The notes: a model not told the origin generated them from the letters alone. A stretch of DNA of 40,081 nucleotides from an uncultured Planctomycetia bacterium (GCA_964358555.1 CAYHQZ010000003.1:1-40081); one strand, 5' to 3'; shown: positions 1 to 8,049, counted from the stretch's first letter. Numbers and translations: made by a program.

Positions 1-849
1 GGCATCGTGGTTGCCATCGCGGCGGCGGTGCTGCTGATTGCGGTCGTTTTCCTGGCGCGCTCGCCCGAAGCGCCGCCGCCGGATATCGCCCGGGTCGAAA
101 GGCTCCCAAAACTTCCGGACCCGGTCCTCCCGCCCGATCCCGCGAAACTGTTCGATCCCGTGAAGCTGCCGGATCCCGTGAAGCTTCCCGAGTTGGTGAA
201 ACCGCCCGAGCCGGTGAAACCCCCGGAGCCGGTGAAGCTTCCCGAGCCTGTGAAGCCGCCGGAGCCGGTGAAGCCGCCGGAGCCGGTGAAGCCGCCGGAG
301 CCCGTGAAGCCGCCGGAGCCCTCGAAAATTGCGGAACCCGTAAAGCCTCCGGAACCGGTGAAACCCCCGGAGCCCGTAAAACCGCCCCCTCCCTCGAAGA
401 CTTTCGCGCTTTCGAACGTCAAGGTCCTCACCGGCACGGCATTCCACGTCGGCTCGCTGCTGGACGTCCTTCCCAACATGCCTCGGGACAACTACAAGTT
501 CAGCGCGATTCCGCCCGGCCGGGAAAAAGCCATATGGGTCCGGGTGCAGTTCGTCGATCGGGATCGCCGGAACACGGAAGAACGATGGATCACGTTCACC
601 GTGGATCGCCCCGTCCGCGTCATTTTCGGAATGGACAACCGGATCAAGTCGTTCCCGACGTGGATGCAGGGATTCCAGCCGACGGGGGAAAAGATCAAAG
701 CCCCCGTCCGGTCCAGCCGCGCGACGTTCGTCTTCCACGCGAAGAATTTCCCGGCGGGCGAAATCGTCATCGGCGGCGCGCGCGCCTCGGGTTGGGCCGG
801 GGATCCATGGTGCATCGTGCCCATCGTCGGCGTCGAACCGCTTCCCTGA
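1..849 (+). CDS. Membrane-anchored protein with a proline-rich hexapeptide-repeat spacer and an unassigned ~150-aa C-terminal domain. The 5' end may lie upstream of the window.
   Basis: The frame is open from nt 1 and is the same frame as track ORF 7..849. It has a hydrophobic segment (VAIAAAVLLIAVVFLA), then 14 hexapeptide units (FDPVKL ... PEPVKP ... PPPSKT), then a non-repetitive C-terminal domain. The anchor / Pro-rich spacer / C-terminal domain layout resembles TonB, but the C-terminal domain does not look like a TonB one. Confidence 0.6.
   Translation, partial: GIVVAIAAAVLLIAVVFLARSPEAPPPDIARVERLPKLPDPVLPPDPAKLFDPVKLPDPVKLPELVKPPEPVKPPEPVKLPEPVKPPEPVKPPEPVKPPEPVKPPEPSKIAEPVKPPEPVKPPEPVKPPPPSKTFALSNVKVLTGTAFHVGSLLDVLPNMPRDNYKFSAIPPGREKAIWVRVQFVDRDRRNTEERWITFTVDRPVRVIFGMDNRIKSFPTWMQGFQPTGEKIKAPVRSSRATFVFHAKNFPAGEIVIGGARASGWAGDPWCIVPIVGVEPLP
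151..402 (+). repeat. In-frame 18-nt tandem repeat, 14 units, encoding (P/F/A)(E/D/P)(P/L)(V/S)K(P/L/I/T)
   Basis: Direct reading shows units such as ccggagccggtgaagccg repeated almost perfectly between about 241 and 312. Flanking units are more diverged. Confidence 0.9.
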
Positions 850-879
850 ACCGGCTTCGTGGTGGACAATCCGTCCACG

Positions 880-3861
880 ATGCGCGAGACATTCTTCGTC
901 CCGGGGTGTCGGCGATCGCGCTCGGCGGGGCTTGCGTTCCTCCTGCTCGCCGCATGGGGATGCGCGGATGCGCCGCCCGTCCGCCCGGCCGAATTCTGCG
1001 ATGATCCCCTTCCGCCCGGGGGATGGTTCCGGATCCCGCGCGAGGGGCGCGGCCCTTCCGTCGCCGCGTTCTCGCCCGACGGCCGGCTCCTCGCGACGGC
1101 CTCGCGAGCGGGTCCGATCCGGCTGTGGGACTCCGCAACGGGGGCGGACCTTGGGGCGTTCGGAAAATCCGAGGGCGCGGTCTCGTCGCTCGCCTTTGCG
1201 CCTGACGGGCGGCGGCTCGCCTCGGCGGGGCACGGCGAGGGCGGTTGTGAGATCCGCGTCTGGGACGTCGCGACCCGCGCGCATGCGGCCTCGATCCCGG
1301 TTGGTCCGAAGTCCGCCTCGAACCTCGCCTTCTCGCCGGGCGGCGACCGCCTCTCGGCGCTGTGCGAAGGCGACATTCGGACCTGGAATCCCGCGATTGG
1401 GGAACGGACGGGCGTGCGCAAAGGGCCGTTCGAGGCCTTCTCGCTCTCCGGGGACGGCTTCTTCGTCGCCGCTGTCGGCCCGGAGAGCGCAGGGGCGGCC
1501 ATCCGGTTGTGGCGGGAGGGATTCTCCCGCGCGCGCTGGTCGGCGAAGGTCGCGCGCGTCTCGGGGCTGTGGTTCTCGTCCGTCCGTCGCGGGATCGTCG
1601 TCGCCTTTGACGGGGCGAGCCTCTCCTGGCTCGACGCAGGCACGGGAACCGTGATCGCCTCCCGCCCGATTGCGGCCCCGGGCGCGACCGCGTCCGCCCT
1701 CTCGCCCGACGGCCGGACCCTGGCCCTCGCCTCGCCCCAGGGCGTTTCGCTCTTCGAGGCCGCGACGGGCGAACCGGCCGGAGCGCTGTCGGATCGGGGC
1801 GCGGCACCCGCCACCCTCGCCTTTTCGCCCGACGGACGCCTCCTCGCGGCGGGCGCCGCGGACGGATCGGTGGTCGTCTGGGAACTCGGCGCGGGGTTCC
1901 GCCTCGACAGGCTCTGGACGGCCCTCGCTTCGGCCGATCCCGTCGCAGCGCGCGCGGGCGTCGACGGTCTCGTTTCCGAGCGGGACGAGGCGGCCGCGTT
2001 CCTCGGCTCGCGCCTGGCGGCGACGCCCGTGTTCTCGGCCGCCGTTTCGGACTTGCTCGCCCGGCTCGATCGGGGGACGGGGGAGGAGCGCGACCAGGCG
2101 GCCGACGCCCTCCGGCGGGTCGGCGAATCGGCCGAGCCGATCCTTCGCTTCGTCCTGGACGCGAAACGGGAGCCGCCCCTCTCGGTGGGCGCGCGCCTGC
2201 GCCTCCGGAAGCTGTTGCGCGATGCGGAGCGGGACGCCGCCGGCGCCTCGCCGTCCGGAGAGTTGTTGCGGCGGGTCCGTTCGATCGAGGCTCTCGAGCG
2301 GATCGGCACCCCTGCGGCCCGGAGCGTGCTGTCCGTCGTCGCGCGCCAAGGGTCCTGGACCCGCGCGCGGCGCGAGGCGGAAGCCGCCCTTGCGAGGCTT
2401 GGCGCTGCGTCCGGGGCTGCGGCGGCGGCGCTTCCCGCCGTTTTGCCCGACGCCCGGCCGTTGCTTCCGGAAGGCGCCTCGGCGGGCGTCGATCTCCGCG
2501 AGGCCGGCGCCGGCGAGAAGGTCCTCTCGATTGCGATCTCGCCCGATGGCGGCATGGTCGCGCTCGGCGGGCCTAGCGGGTCGGTCCTGCTGTGGGAGCC
2601 GGGCTCGGCGAAGGGGCTTCGTTTCCTCGACGGCGCCAGCGGCGACATTTCGGCCCTCGCCTTCTCGAACGACGGCCGAGCCCTCGCGGCAGGCGCCGCG
2701 GACGGCGCGGTCACGCGGTTCGATCTTCCGTCGGGGGCGCCGGGGCAGCGGCGAGAGCGGTGTCCCGGCGGGGTTCGCGCCCTCGCCTTTTCGGGCGACG
2801 GGATCTTTATCGCGGCCGCGGGCGGGGAGGGCGTGGTCCGGATCCTCGACGCGGCCGGCGCGGCGGCTCCCCGGCGGTTCGCCGACGACGAGGGGGCGTG
2901 CCTCTCGCTTGCCTTCCTGCTGGATGGGCAGACCCTCGTCGCCGCGTGGGCGAACGGGACGGTTCGGATCGGGCCCATCGGCGTCCGGCGCCCGAAGACG
3001 AAGCCCGTGTTCGCGGCCGCGCGCCTGGCGGCGCTTTCCCCCGACGGCCGGCTCCTCGCCTGGGTCGCCGACGCCGGGTTGTGCATTCAGGAGGCGTCGG
3101 GGAGCCGCGTTTTCCTGAAAACACGCCTCGCGGCCGCGCCCTGCGCGCTGGCCTTTTCCGGCGACGGCCGCGTTGTTGCCGCGGCGTTCCGCGACGGAAC
3201 CATTCGGCTCTGGGAGACGGCGACCGGGGCCGAGGCGGGCGTCCGGAAGGCCCGCGCCTCCGATGCCGTCGCGATCGCATTCTCGCGCGGCGGCCGCGTC
3301 GCGAGCGCCTCCGCCGGCGAGGCCCTGCTGTGGGACGCTTCCGTGCCGGCGCGGGATCTCGAAACGATCTGGGACGATCTCGCGTCCATGCGCGCCGGGA
3401 AGGCTCCGTCCGCCTCCGCGCGTCTTGTCGAGGCCGGGGCCGCGGGCTCTTCGTTCCTGCGCGAGCGGCTGCGCCCCGCGCCGATTCCTTCCGGACGTCT
3501 CGAGGAACTCCTCGCGGAACTCGGCGGCGGGGAGACGGAAGCGGCGGCGGCCGAACGCGAAATCGTTTCACTCGGCGTGCGTGTCGAGGAGACGCTGCGA
3601 GAATTTCTCGGATCCGAGCCGCCCGAGGCTGCGGCCTCGCGTGCGAACGCGATTCTCGAGCGCCTTCGTGCCTCGAGACTGCGCCCGCCCGAGGGCGAAA
3701 GCCTTCGCCGCGCGCGCGCTGTCGCGGCCCTCGAGCGGATCGCGGACGCGCAGTCCCTCGCGTCCCTCGAGGAAATCGCACAAGGCGATCCGGATCCCCG
3801 GCTTCGCGACGAGGCTCGGAGCAGTCTCTCCCGGATCCTTCGAATCCGTTCGAAAAAGTAG
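880..3861 (+). CDS. Exported (possibly lipidated) WD40 beta-propeller protein, built as two copies of [WD40 blades + helical HEAT-like module]
   Basis: There are many blades of the type FSPDG(R)xLA..., ...IR(L/V)WD. ATG 880 gives an N-terminal signal-like segment LAFLLLAAWGCADAPP; GTG 859 is the alternative start. Stop is TAG at 3859-3861. Confidence 0.8.
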   Translation: MRETFFVPGCRRSRSAGLAFLLLAAWGCADAPPVRPAEFCDDPLPPGGWFRIPREGRGPSVAAFSPDGRLLATASRAGPIRLWDSATGADLGAFGKSEGAVSSLAFAPDGRRLASAGHGEGGCEIRVWDVATRAHAASIPVGPKSASNLAFSPGGDRLSALCEGDIRTWNPAIGERTGVRKGPFEAFSLSGDGFFVAAVGPESAGAAIRLWREGFSRARWSAKVARVSGLWFSSVRRGIVVAFDGASLSWLDAGTGTVIASRPIAAPGATASALSPDGRTLALASPQGVSLFEAATGEPAGALSDRGAAPATLAFSPDGRLLAAGAADGSVVVWELGAGFRLDRLWTALASADPVAARAGVDGLVSERDEAAAFLGSRLAATPVFSAAVSDLLARLDRGTGEERDQAADALRRVGESAEPILRFVLDAKREPPLSVGARLRLRKLLRDAERDAAGASPSGELLRRVRSIEALERIGTPAARSVLSVVARQGSWTRARREAEAALARLGAASGAAAAALPAVLPDARPLLPEGASAGVDLREAGAGEKVLSIAISPDGGMVALGGPSGSVLLWEPGSAKGLRFLDGASGDISALAFSNDGRALAAGAADGAVTRFDLPSGAPGQRRERCPGGVRALAFSGDGIFIAAAGGEGVVRILDAAGAAAPRRFADDEGACLSLAFLLDGQTLVAAWANGTVRIGPIGVRRPKTKPVFAAARLAALSPDGRLLAWVADAGLCIQEASGSRVFLKTRLAAAPCALAFSGDGRVVAAAFRDGTIRLWETATGAEAGVRKARASDAVAIAFSRGGRVASASAGEALLWDASVPARDLETIWDDLASMRAGKAPSASARLVEAGAAGSSFLRERLRPAPIPSGRLEELLAELGGGETEAAAAEREIVSLGVRVEETLREFLGSEPPEAAASRANAILERLRASRLRPPEGESLRRARAVAALERIADAQSLASLEEIAQGDPDPRLRDEARSSLSRILRIRSKK

Positions 3862-4002
3862 TCGGGCGGATTATTTCATTTTTTCGTGCAAAACAGGACG
3901 GCCGCTATTCCTTGTGGTCGGTGCGATCTCTTGGCACAAGCCTTAGCGTTGCAACCTTAATCAAAGCGAGCGGTTGCATAAACCTTCTCTTCTCGATCCC
4001 TC

Positions 4003-4030
4003 TTGACATGGGTTCTCGAGATCCTATACT
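4003..4030 (+). promoter_or_regulatory. Sigma70-type promoter candidate for mraZ and the dcw cluster
   Basis: TTGACA (4003-4008), a 16-nt spacer, then TATACT (4025-4030). It sits in an AT-richer spacer about 50 nt upstream of the mraZ ATG. Confidence 0.5.
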
Positions 4031-4041
4031 CCCAGAGCGAT

Positions 4042-4066
4042 GTGGTGCAAAGTGGGGAAAGGTGGG
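4042..4066 (+). promoter_or_regulatory. Candidate MraZ operator: three direct GTGG(G) repeats with exact 10-nt spacing
   Basis: GTGGT starts at 4042, GTGGG at 4052 and GTGGG at 4062. The repeats lie between the -10 box and the mraZ ATG (4079), and the last one overlaps the SD-like GGGAGGGGG. Confidence 0.5.
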
Positions 4067-4078
4067 AGGGGGTAGCCT

Positions 4079-4531
4079 ATGCTCTTCATCGGCGAGTACG
4101 AGCATACCCTCGACGAGAAGAACCGCCTCATGGTTCCTTCCAGGCTTCGCGAGTGCATGGATGAAGCGCTCGCGGTGGAGGGGATCTACGTGACGCGGGG
4201 TTTCGAGGGCTGCCTCTACATCTATCCCAAGCGCCACTTCGACGCCGTCGTGGAGCAGCTGCAGAAGGCGCCGTTCACGCGCGCGCAGTCGCGGTCGCTC
4301 CAGCGGCTGTTCTTTTCCCAGGCGGCGTTCTGCCCCTGGGACAAGCAGGGCCGGATCCTGATTCCGGAGGGTCTGAAGGAAATGGCGGGCATCGTTCGCG
4401 AGGTCACGCTCGTCGGCGTCTCGGACCACATCGAGGTGTGGGACCGGGAGCGGTGGAAGGGATTCCGCCGGACGAACGACGGGCAGTTCGAGACCCTCGC
4501 CGAAACGGTGTTCCCGGCACCGGACGCATAA
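4079..4531 (+). CDS. mraZ: Transcriptional regulator MraZ
   Basis: The N-terminus MLFIGEYEHTLDEKNRLMVPSRLRE and a second SpoVT/AbrB-like half (DKQGRILIPEGLKE) are typical of MraZ. A GGGAGG Shine-Dalgarno lies upstream, and the gene is first in the dcw cluster. Confidence 0.9.
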   Translation: MLFIGEYEHTLDEKNRLMVPSRLRECMDEALAVEGIYVTRGFEGCLYIYPKRHFDAVVEQLQKAPFTRAQSRSLQRLFFSQAAFCPWDKQGRILIPEGLKEMAGIVREVTLVGVSDHIEVWDRERWKGFRRTNDGQFETLAETVFPAPDA

Positions 4532-4581
4532 GGGGCGCGCCCCCGGCCCCAAGCCGGCGGCGCCCCGGAAAGGAGACGTCA

Positions 4582-4845
4582 ATGGCGACGAGGAACGGGA
4601 CGGCGACGAGGGACGCGGCGGTTGCGGCGAAGGAGGCCCTCCACGGGTTCGCTCGCAGCGGCGATGGCGATGCCATCGAGCGCTCGGGCGAGGATTTCCG
4701 GATTCTCCGCGGCCGGCTGCTTCGGCTCCGGCAGCGCCGTCCGGAACTGGCGGCGTTCGTCGAGCTGTCCGACTTCGCGAAGGACGCCCTTCGCCGGATC
4801 GAGAGCCCGACGCCCGAGCCGGTTCTCGCGACGGCGGGACGATAG
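4582..4845 (+). CDS. Hypothetical 87-aa protein inserted between mraZ and rsmH
   Basis: ATG 4582 is preceded by AAGGAGA (4570-4576). The codon third positions are strongly G/C-biased, as in neighbouring genes. No family is recognised. Stop is TAG at 4843-4845. Confidence 0.55.
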   Translation: MATRNGTATRDAAVAAKEALHGFARSGDGDAIERSGEDFRILRGRLLRLRQRRPELAAFVELSDFAKDALRRIESPTPEPVLATAGR

Positions 4846-4875
4846 GGAGGGACGGCGACGTCGCATGTTCCCGTC

Positions 4876-5751
4876 TTGCTCCGCGAGAGCCTGGACCTCC
4901 TGGCCCTCGCGCCCGGGTCGGCCGTCGCGGACGGCACGGTCGGCGCGGGCGGGTTCGCGGAGGCCGCGCTCGAGCGCATCCTCCCCGGCGGGCGGCTGCT
5001 CGCCGTGGATCGGGATCCGGGGATGATCGAGCGCGCCCGGGAACGGCTCGGGCGCTTCGGGGACGCGACGCGGTTCGAGGTCGGGAATTTTTCGGAACTT
5101 CCGGAACACCTTCGGTCGGCGGGGATGGGACCTGTGGACGCAATCTTCCTTGATTTCGGCTTCGCATCGGATCAGCTCGACGCCCCCGCCCGGGGCCTGT
5201 CGTTTTCGCGCGAGGGCCCCCTCGACATGCGCCTGGATCCGACGGGCGGGCGGACGGCGCTCGAGTGGCTCGAGACGGCGTCCGAGGAGGACATCGTCCG
5301 CGCGCTATTCGAATACGGGGAGGAGCCCCACGCCCGCCGGATTGCGCGCGCGATCGCGGAGGCCCGCGCGCGCGGCCGCCTGCCCGCGACCACGACCGCC
5401 TTCGCCGGGTTCGTCGCCCGCGCGTCGGGCTGGGGGCGCGGCCGCCGGCATCCCGCGACCCGGACCTTCCAGGCCGTCCGGATCGCGGTGAACGATGAGC
5501 TCGGTTCGATCGAGCGGGGGCTTCCGGCCGCGCTGGGCTCGCTGGCCCCCGGCGGGCGCCTCGCCGCGATCTCGTTCCATTCCCTTGAGGATCGGATCGT
5601 GAAGCATGTCCTGCGCGAGGCCGCGGCCCGGGGCGCGGTTGAACTCCTCACGCGAAAGCCCGTCCGGCCGTCGTTCGAGGAAATCGCGCGGAATCCCCGT
5701 TCCCGCTCCGCGAAACTGCGCGCCGCGCGCGCGACGGAGGCCCGATCGTGA
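4876..5751 (+). CDS. rsmH: 16S rRNA (cytosine1402-N4)-methyltransferase RsmH (MraW); true start uncertain and probably upstream of 4876
   Basis: Motifs seen: VLLRESLDLL, DGTVGAGG, DLGFASDQLD-like (LDFGFASDQLD), FHSLEDRIVK. The conserved HVPV that precedes the TTG at 4876 is encoded at 4864-4875, upstream of any canonical start codon. Confidence 0.85.
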   Translation: MLRESLDLLALAPGSAVADGTVGAGGFAEAALERILPGGRLLAVDRDPGMIERARERLGRFGDATRFEVGNFSELPEHLRSAGMGPVDAIFLDFGFASDQLDAPARGLSFSREGPLDMRLDPTGGRTALEWLETASEEDIVRALFEYGEEPHARRIARAIAEARARGRLPATTTAFAGFVARASGWGRGRRHPATRTFQAVRIAVNDELGSIERGLPAALGSLAPGGRLAAISFHSLEDRIVKHVLREAAARGAVELLTRKPVRPSFEEIARNPRSRSAKLRAARATEARS

Positions 5752-6059
5752 ACCTGAAATTCCTCGCCGGGTTTCTCATCCTCTTCGGGATCGCGTTCGT
5801 CGCGGTCGAGACGCGCAATGCCACCCTCCGCGTCGCCTACGAGGTGGAGTCCGTCCGCAAGGAGCGCCTCGCCGTCGCCACCCGCATCCGGGCGCTCCGC
5901 TTCGTCGTCGCCTCCGAGACCTCCTACGATCGGATCCGCCGGCGCGTGGCGGCCTGGGAAATCCCGCTGTCCGATCCGGCCTGGGCGGAGCCGGTTGCGC
6001 CTTCGCGCGGCCGCGGCGCGTCGCCTTCGATCCGGCCGGTGGGAGGGCCGCGCGAATGA
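5748..6059 (+). CDS. ftsL: FtsL-like cell division protein (single transmembrane segment plus a short coiled region)
   Basis: The GTG start overlaps the rsmH stop (GTGA). The N-terminal transmembrane segment is FLAGFLILFGIAFVAV. Size and position between rsmH and ftsI fit FtsL. There is no sequence-level proof. Confidence 0.55.
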   Translation: MNLKFLAGFLILFGIAFVAVETRNATLRVAYEVESVRKERLAVATRIRALRFVVASETSYDRIRRRVAAWEIPLSDPAWAEPVAPSRGRGASPSIRPVGGPRE

Positions 6060-7882
6060 CGCCGATGGAGGATCGCTCCTTCCGGGGCCGGCTCGCGGCG
6101 GTCCGGATCGCGTTCTTGCTGTTCTTCGGGCTGCTCGGCTACCGGCTCTGCATGCTGGCCGGCGACGACGGCGCGCGCGCCCGCGCTCGCGCCGAGGCCC
6201 AGACGCGCTCGCGCGTCGACGTCTCCGCCGCCCCCGGGGCGATTCTCGACCGCCGCCTCGTCCCGTTCGCGCTCACGGTCCCGTCGTGGTCCATCTACGC
6301 CGAGCCGCGGCGCGTTCCGGATCCCGAGAAGGCCGCAATCGCCCTCGGGGAACTGCTCGATCGCAACCCGGAGGAGATCGAGTCGAGACTCCGGAGCCGC
6401 CGGGCGTTCGCCTGGATCCAGCGGCACATCGGCGCGACGACCGCGCAGGACGTCGCGGCCCTCGCGATTCCCGGGATCGGGCTGCGCGAGGAATCGGTCC
6501 GGGTCTATCCCCAAGGAAGCCTCCTCGGCGCGACGGTCGGCTTTTCGGGATCCGAGACCCAGGGGCTGGCGGGCCTTGAGCGCTCGCTCGGGCGATCGCT
6601 TTCGGCGAAACCGGCGCAGGATTCCGTCCGTCGCGACGCGCGCGGCCGGCTCCTGGCGGTCGAGGGGCGGGACCTCCTCGATCCCGCGGAAGGCGCCTCC
6701 GCGATCCTCACGATCGACGGCCGGATCCAGGCGATCGCCGAGGAGGAGGTCGCGGCCGCTGCGGCGAAACACAATCCGAAGGGCGCCGTCGCGATCGTGC
6801 TGGAGCCCGCGTCCGGCGAGATCCTGGCCGTCGCGGCCTGGCCGCCGGTCGATCCCTCGCGGCCTCTCGACGGGCCGGGGAACGCGCTTGCGAACCCCGC
6901 GGCCGTCATGACCTTCGAGCCGGGCTCCGTTTTCAAGCCCTTTACGGCGGCGGCGGCGATCGAGGACGGCCGGGTGACGCCCGACACGGTCTTCGATTGC
7001 AACGGCGGGACGTGGAACACGGGCCGCGGCCGCGTGCTGCACGACTCGCACCCGCGCGGCGGCGTTGATCGCCTGACGGTGACCGACATCATCTCGAAGT
7101 CCTCCAACGTCGGGATCGCGAAAGTCGGGCTCACGCTCGGGGGCTCGCGCCTGCCGGCGTGGATCCGGAAATTCGGGTTCGGGACGCGCACGGGGGCGGG
7201 GCTGCCGGGGGAGGAGCCGGGCAAGGTGACGGCCGGCCGCGAGTGGGGCTTCTTTACCATGACGTCCGTGCCGATGGGGCAGGAGATCGCGGTGACGCCC
7301 CTGCAGCTCGCCCGCGGCTTTGCGTGCTTCGCGAACGGCGGGCGCCTCGTGGACGTTCGATTGGTCAAGGAACTGCGCGCCGCCGACGGAACCGCGCTGC
7401 CTCTGCCCGCCATCCGGGCCAAACGGATCCTGTCCGAGGCAACCGCGCGGAAAGTCACGCGGATGCTCGTGTCCGTCGTGGAGGAGGGGACCGGCAAGAG
7501 CGCCGCGGTCCCCGGCGTATCCGTCGCCGGCAAGACCGGGACCGCCCAGAAGGCCGAGCGCGGCGGCTATTCCCATTCGAAATTCATCGGGACCTTCTGC
7601 GGCTTCGCCCCCGCCGAGGCCCCGAGGCTTCTCGTCCTCGTGACCCTCGACGAGCCGAAGAACGGCTACTACGGCGGGACGGTCTCGGCCCCCGCTGTCG
7701 GAAAGATCCTCGCGCGCGCGCTGCCCCTTGTCGGATTCGAGCCCTCCAGGATTGTCGAGGCCCGCGTGCAGGCGTCCCCGGGCGCCGTCCGGATCACCGC
7801 CGCTTCGGCGGCCCGGCCGGCCGCATCGAAGGTTTCGGTCCGCCCGGCGGCGACGAAGCGCGGCGCGTCCGCCAGGCGCTGA
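6056..7882 (+). CDS. ftsI: Class B penicillin-binding protein / peptidoglycan D,D-transpeptidase FtsI
   Basis: ATG 6056 overlaps the ftsL stop (ATGA), with GGGAGGG upstream. There is an N-terminal transmembrane segment. The three transpeptidase motifs are present: SVFK (SxxK), SSN (SxN) and KTGTA (KTG). Confidence 0.85.
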   Translation: MTPMEDRSFRGRLAAVRIAFLLFFGLLGYRLCMLAGDDGARARARAEAQTRSRVDVSAAPGAILDRRLVPFALTVPSWSIYAEPRRVPDPEKAAIALGELLDRNPEEIESRLRSRRAFAWIQRHIGATTAQDVAALAIPGIGLREESVRVYPQGSLLGATVGFSGSETQGLAGLERSLGRSLSAKPAQDSVRRDARGRLLAVEGRDLLDPAEGASAILTIDGRIQAIAEEEVAAAAAKHNPKGAVAIVLEPASGEILAVAAWPPVDPSRPLDGPGNALANPAAVMTFEPGSVFKPFTAAAAIEDGRVTPDTVFDCNGGTWNTGRGRVLHDSHPRGGVDRLTVTDIISKSSNVGIAKVGLTLGGSRLPAWIRKFGFGTRTGAGLPGEEPGKVTAGREWGFFTMTSVPMGQEIAVTPLQLARGFACFANGGRLVDVRLVKELRAADGTALPLPAIRAKRILSEATARKVTRMLVSVVEEGTGKSAAVPGVSVAGKTGTAQKAERGGYSHSKFIGTFCGFAPAEAPRLLVLVTLDEPKNGYYGGTVSAPAVGKILARALPLVGFEPSRIVEARVQASPGAVRITAASAARPAASKVSVRPAATKRGASARR

Positions 7883-8049
7883 TTCCGGCGGGCTGAACCG
7901 CTAGAAAACCCAGGCGGGCGGCGCGCGCATCCCTTGGCCCGAAAAACGGTTAAGCGGGCCTTCACAAAGATTTCATCCAGGGCTTCCCATTCCCTTCACG
8001 GTTCCGGGGTATCAAATCCCCGCAAAGGAGTCTCCCGGTCTGCACACCC

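Noticed and set aside
492-3086. An 864-aa minus-strand ORF, plus nested minus- and plus-strand ORFs, over the WD40 gene region.
   Set aside because: The product is Arg/Ala/Ser/Pro-rich with no motifs, and it runs straight across the boundary between two plus-strand genes. The plus strand encodes unmistakable WD40 blades. In this relative frame, an antisense stop requires a Tyr, His or Gln codon that follows a codon ending in T or C, and such combinations are scarce in this gene.
3851-3886. An inverted A/T runs pair, CGAAAAA ... TTTTTCG, at the end of the WD40 gene, considered as a terminator.
   Set aside because: The stem is almost all A-T, the loop is about 22 nt, and the left arm is still coding. 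It is not a credible intrinsic terminator.
3932-3947. A sigma54-like element, TGGCAC-aagcc-TTAGC, upstream of mraZ.
   Set aside because: The -12 element reads TTAGC rather than TTGC(A/T), which is a one-base insertion. The next TTGCA is 11 nt away, which is the wrong spacing. A near-consensus sigma70 promoter lies 60 nt downstream.
4532-4543. A GC palindrome, GGGGCGCGCCCC, immediately after the mraZ stop, considered as a terminator or attenuator.
   Set aside because: It has no loop and no following T-tract. Such palindromes arise easily in very GC-rich DNA.
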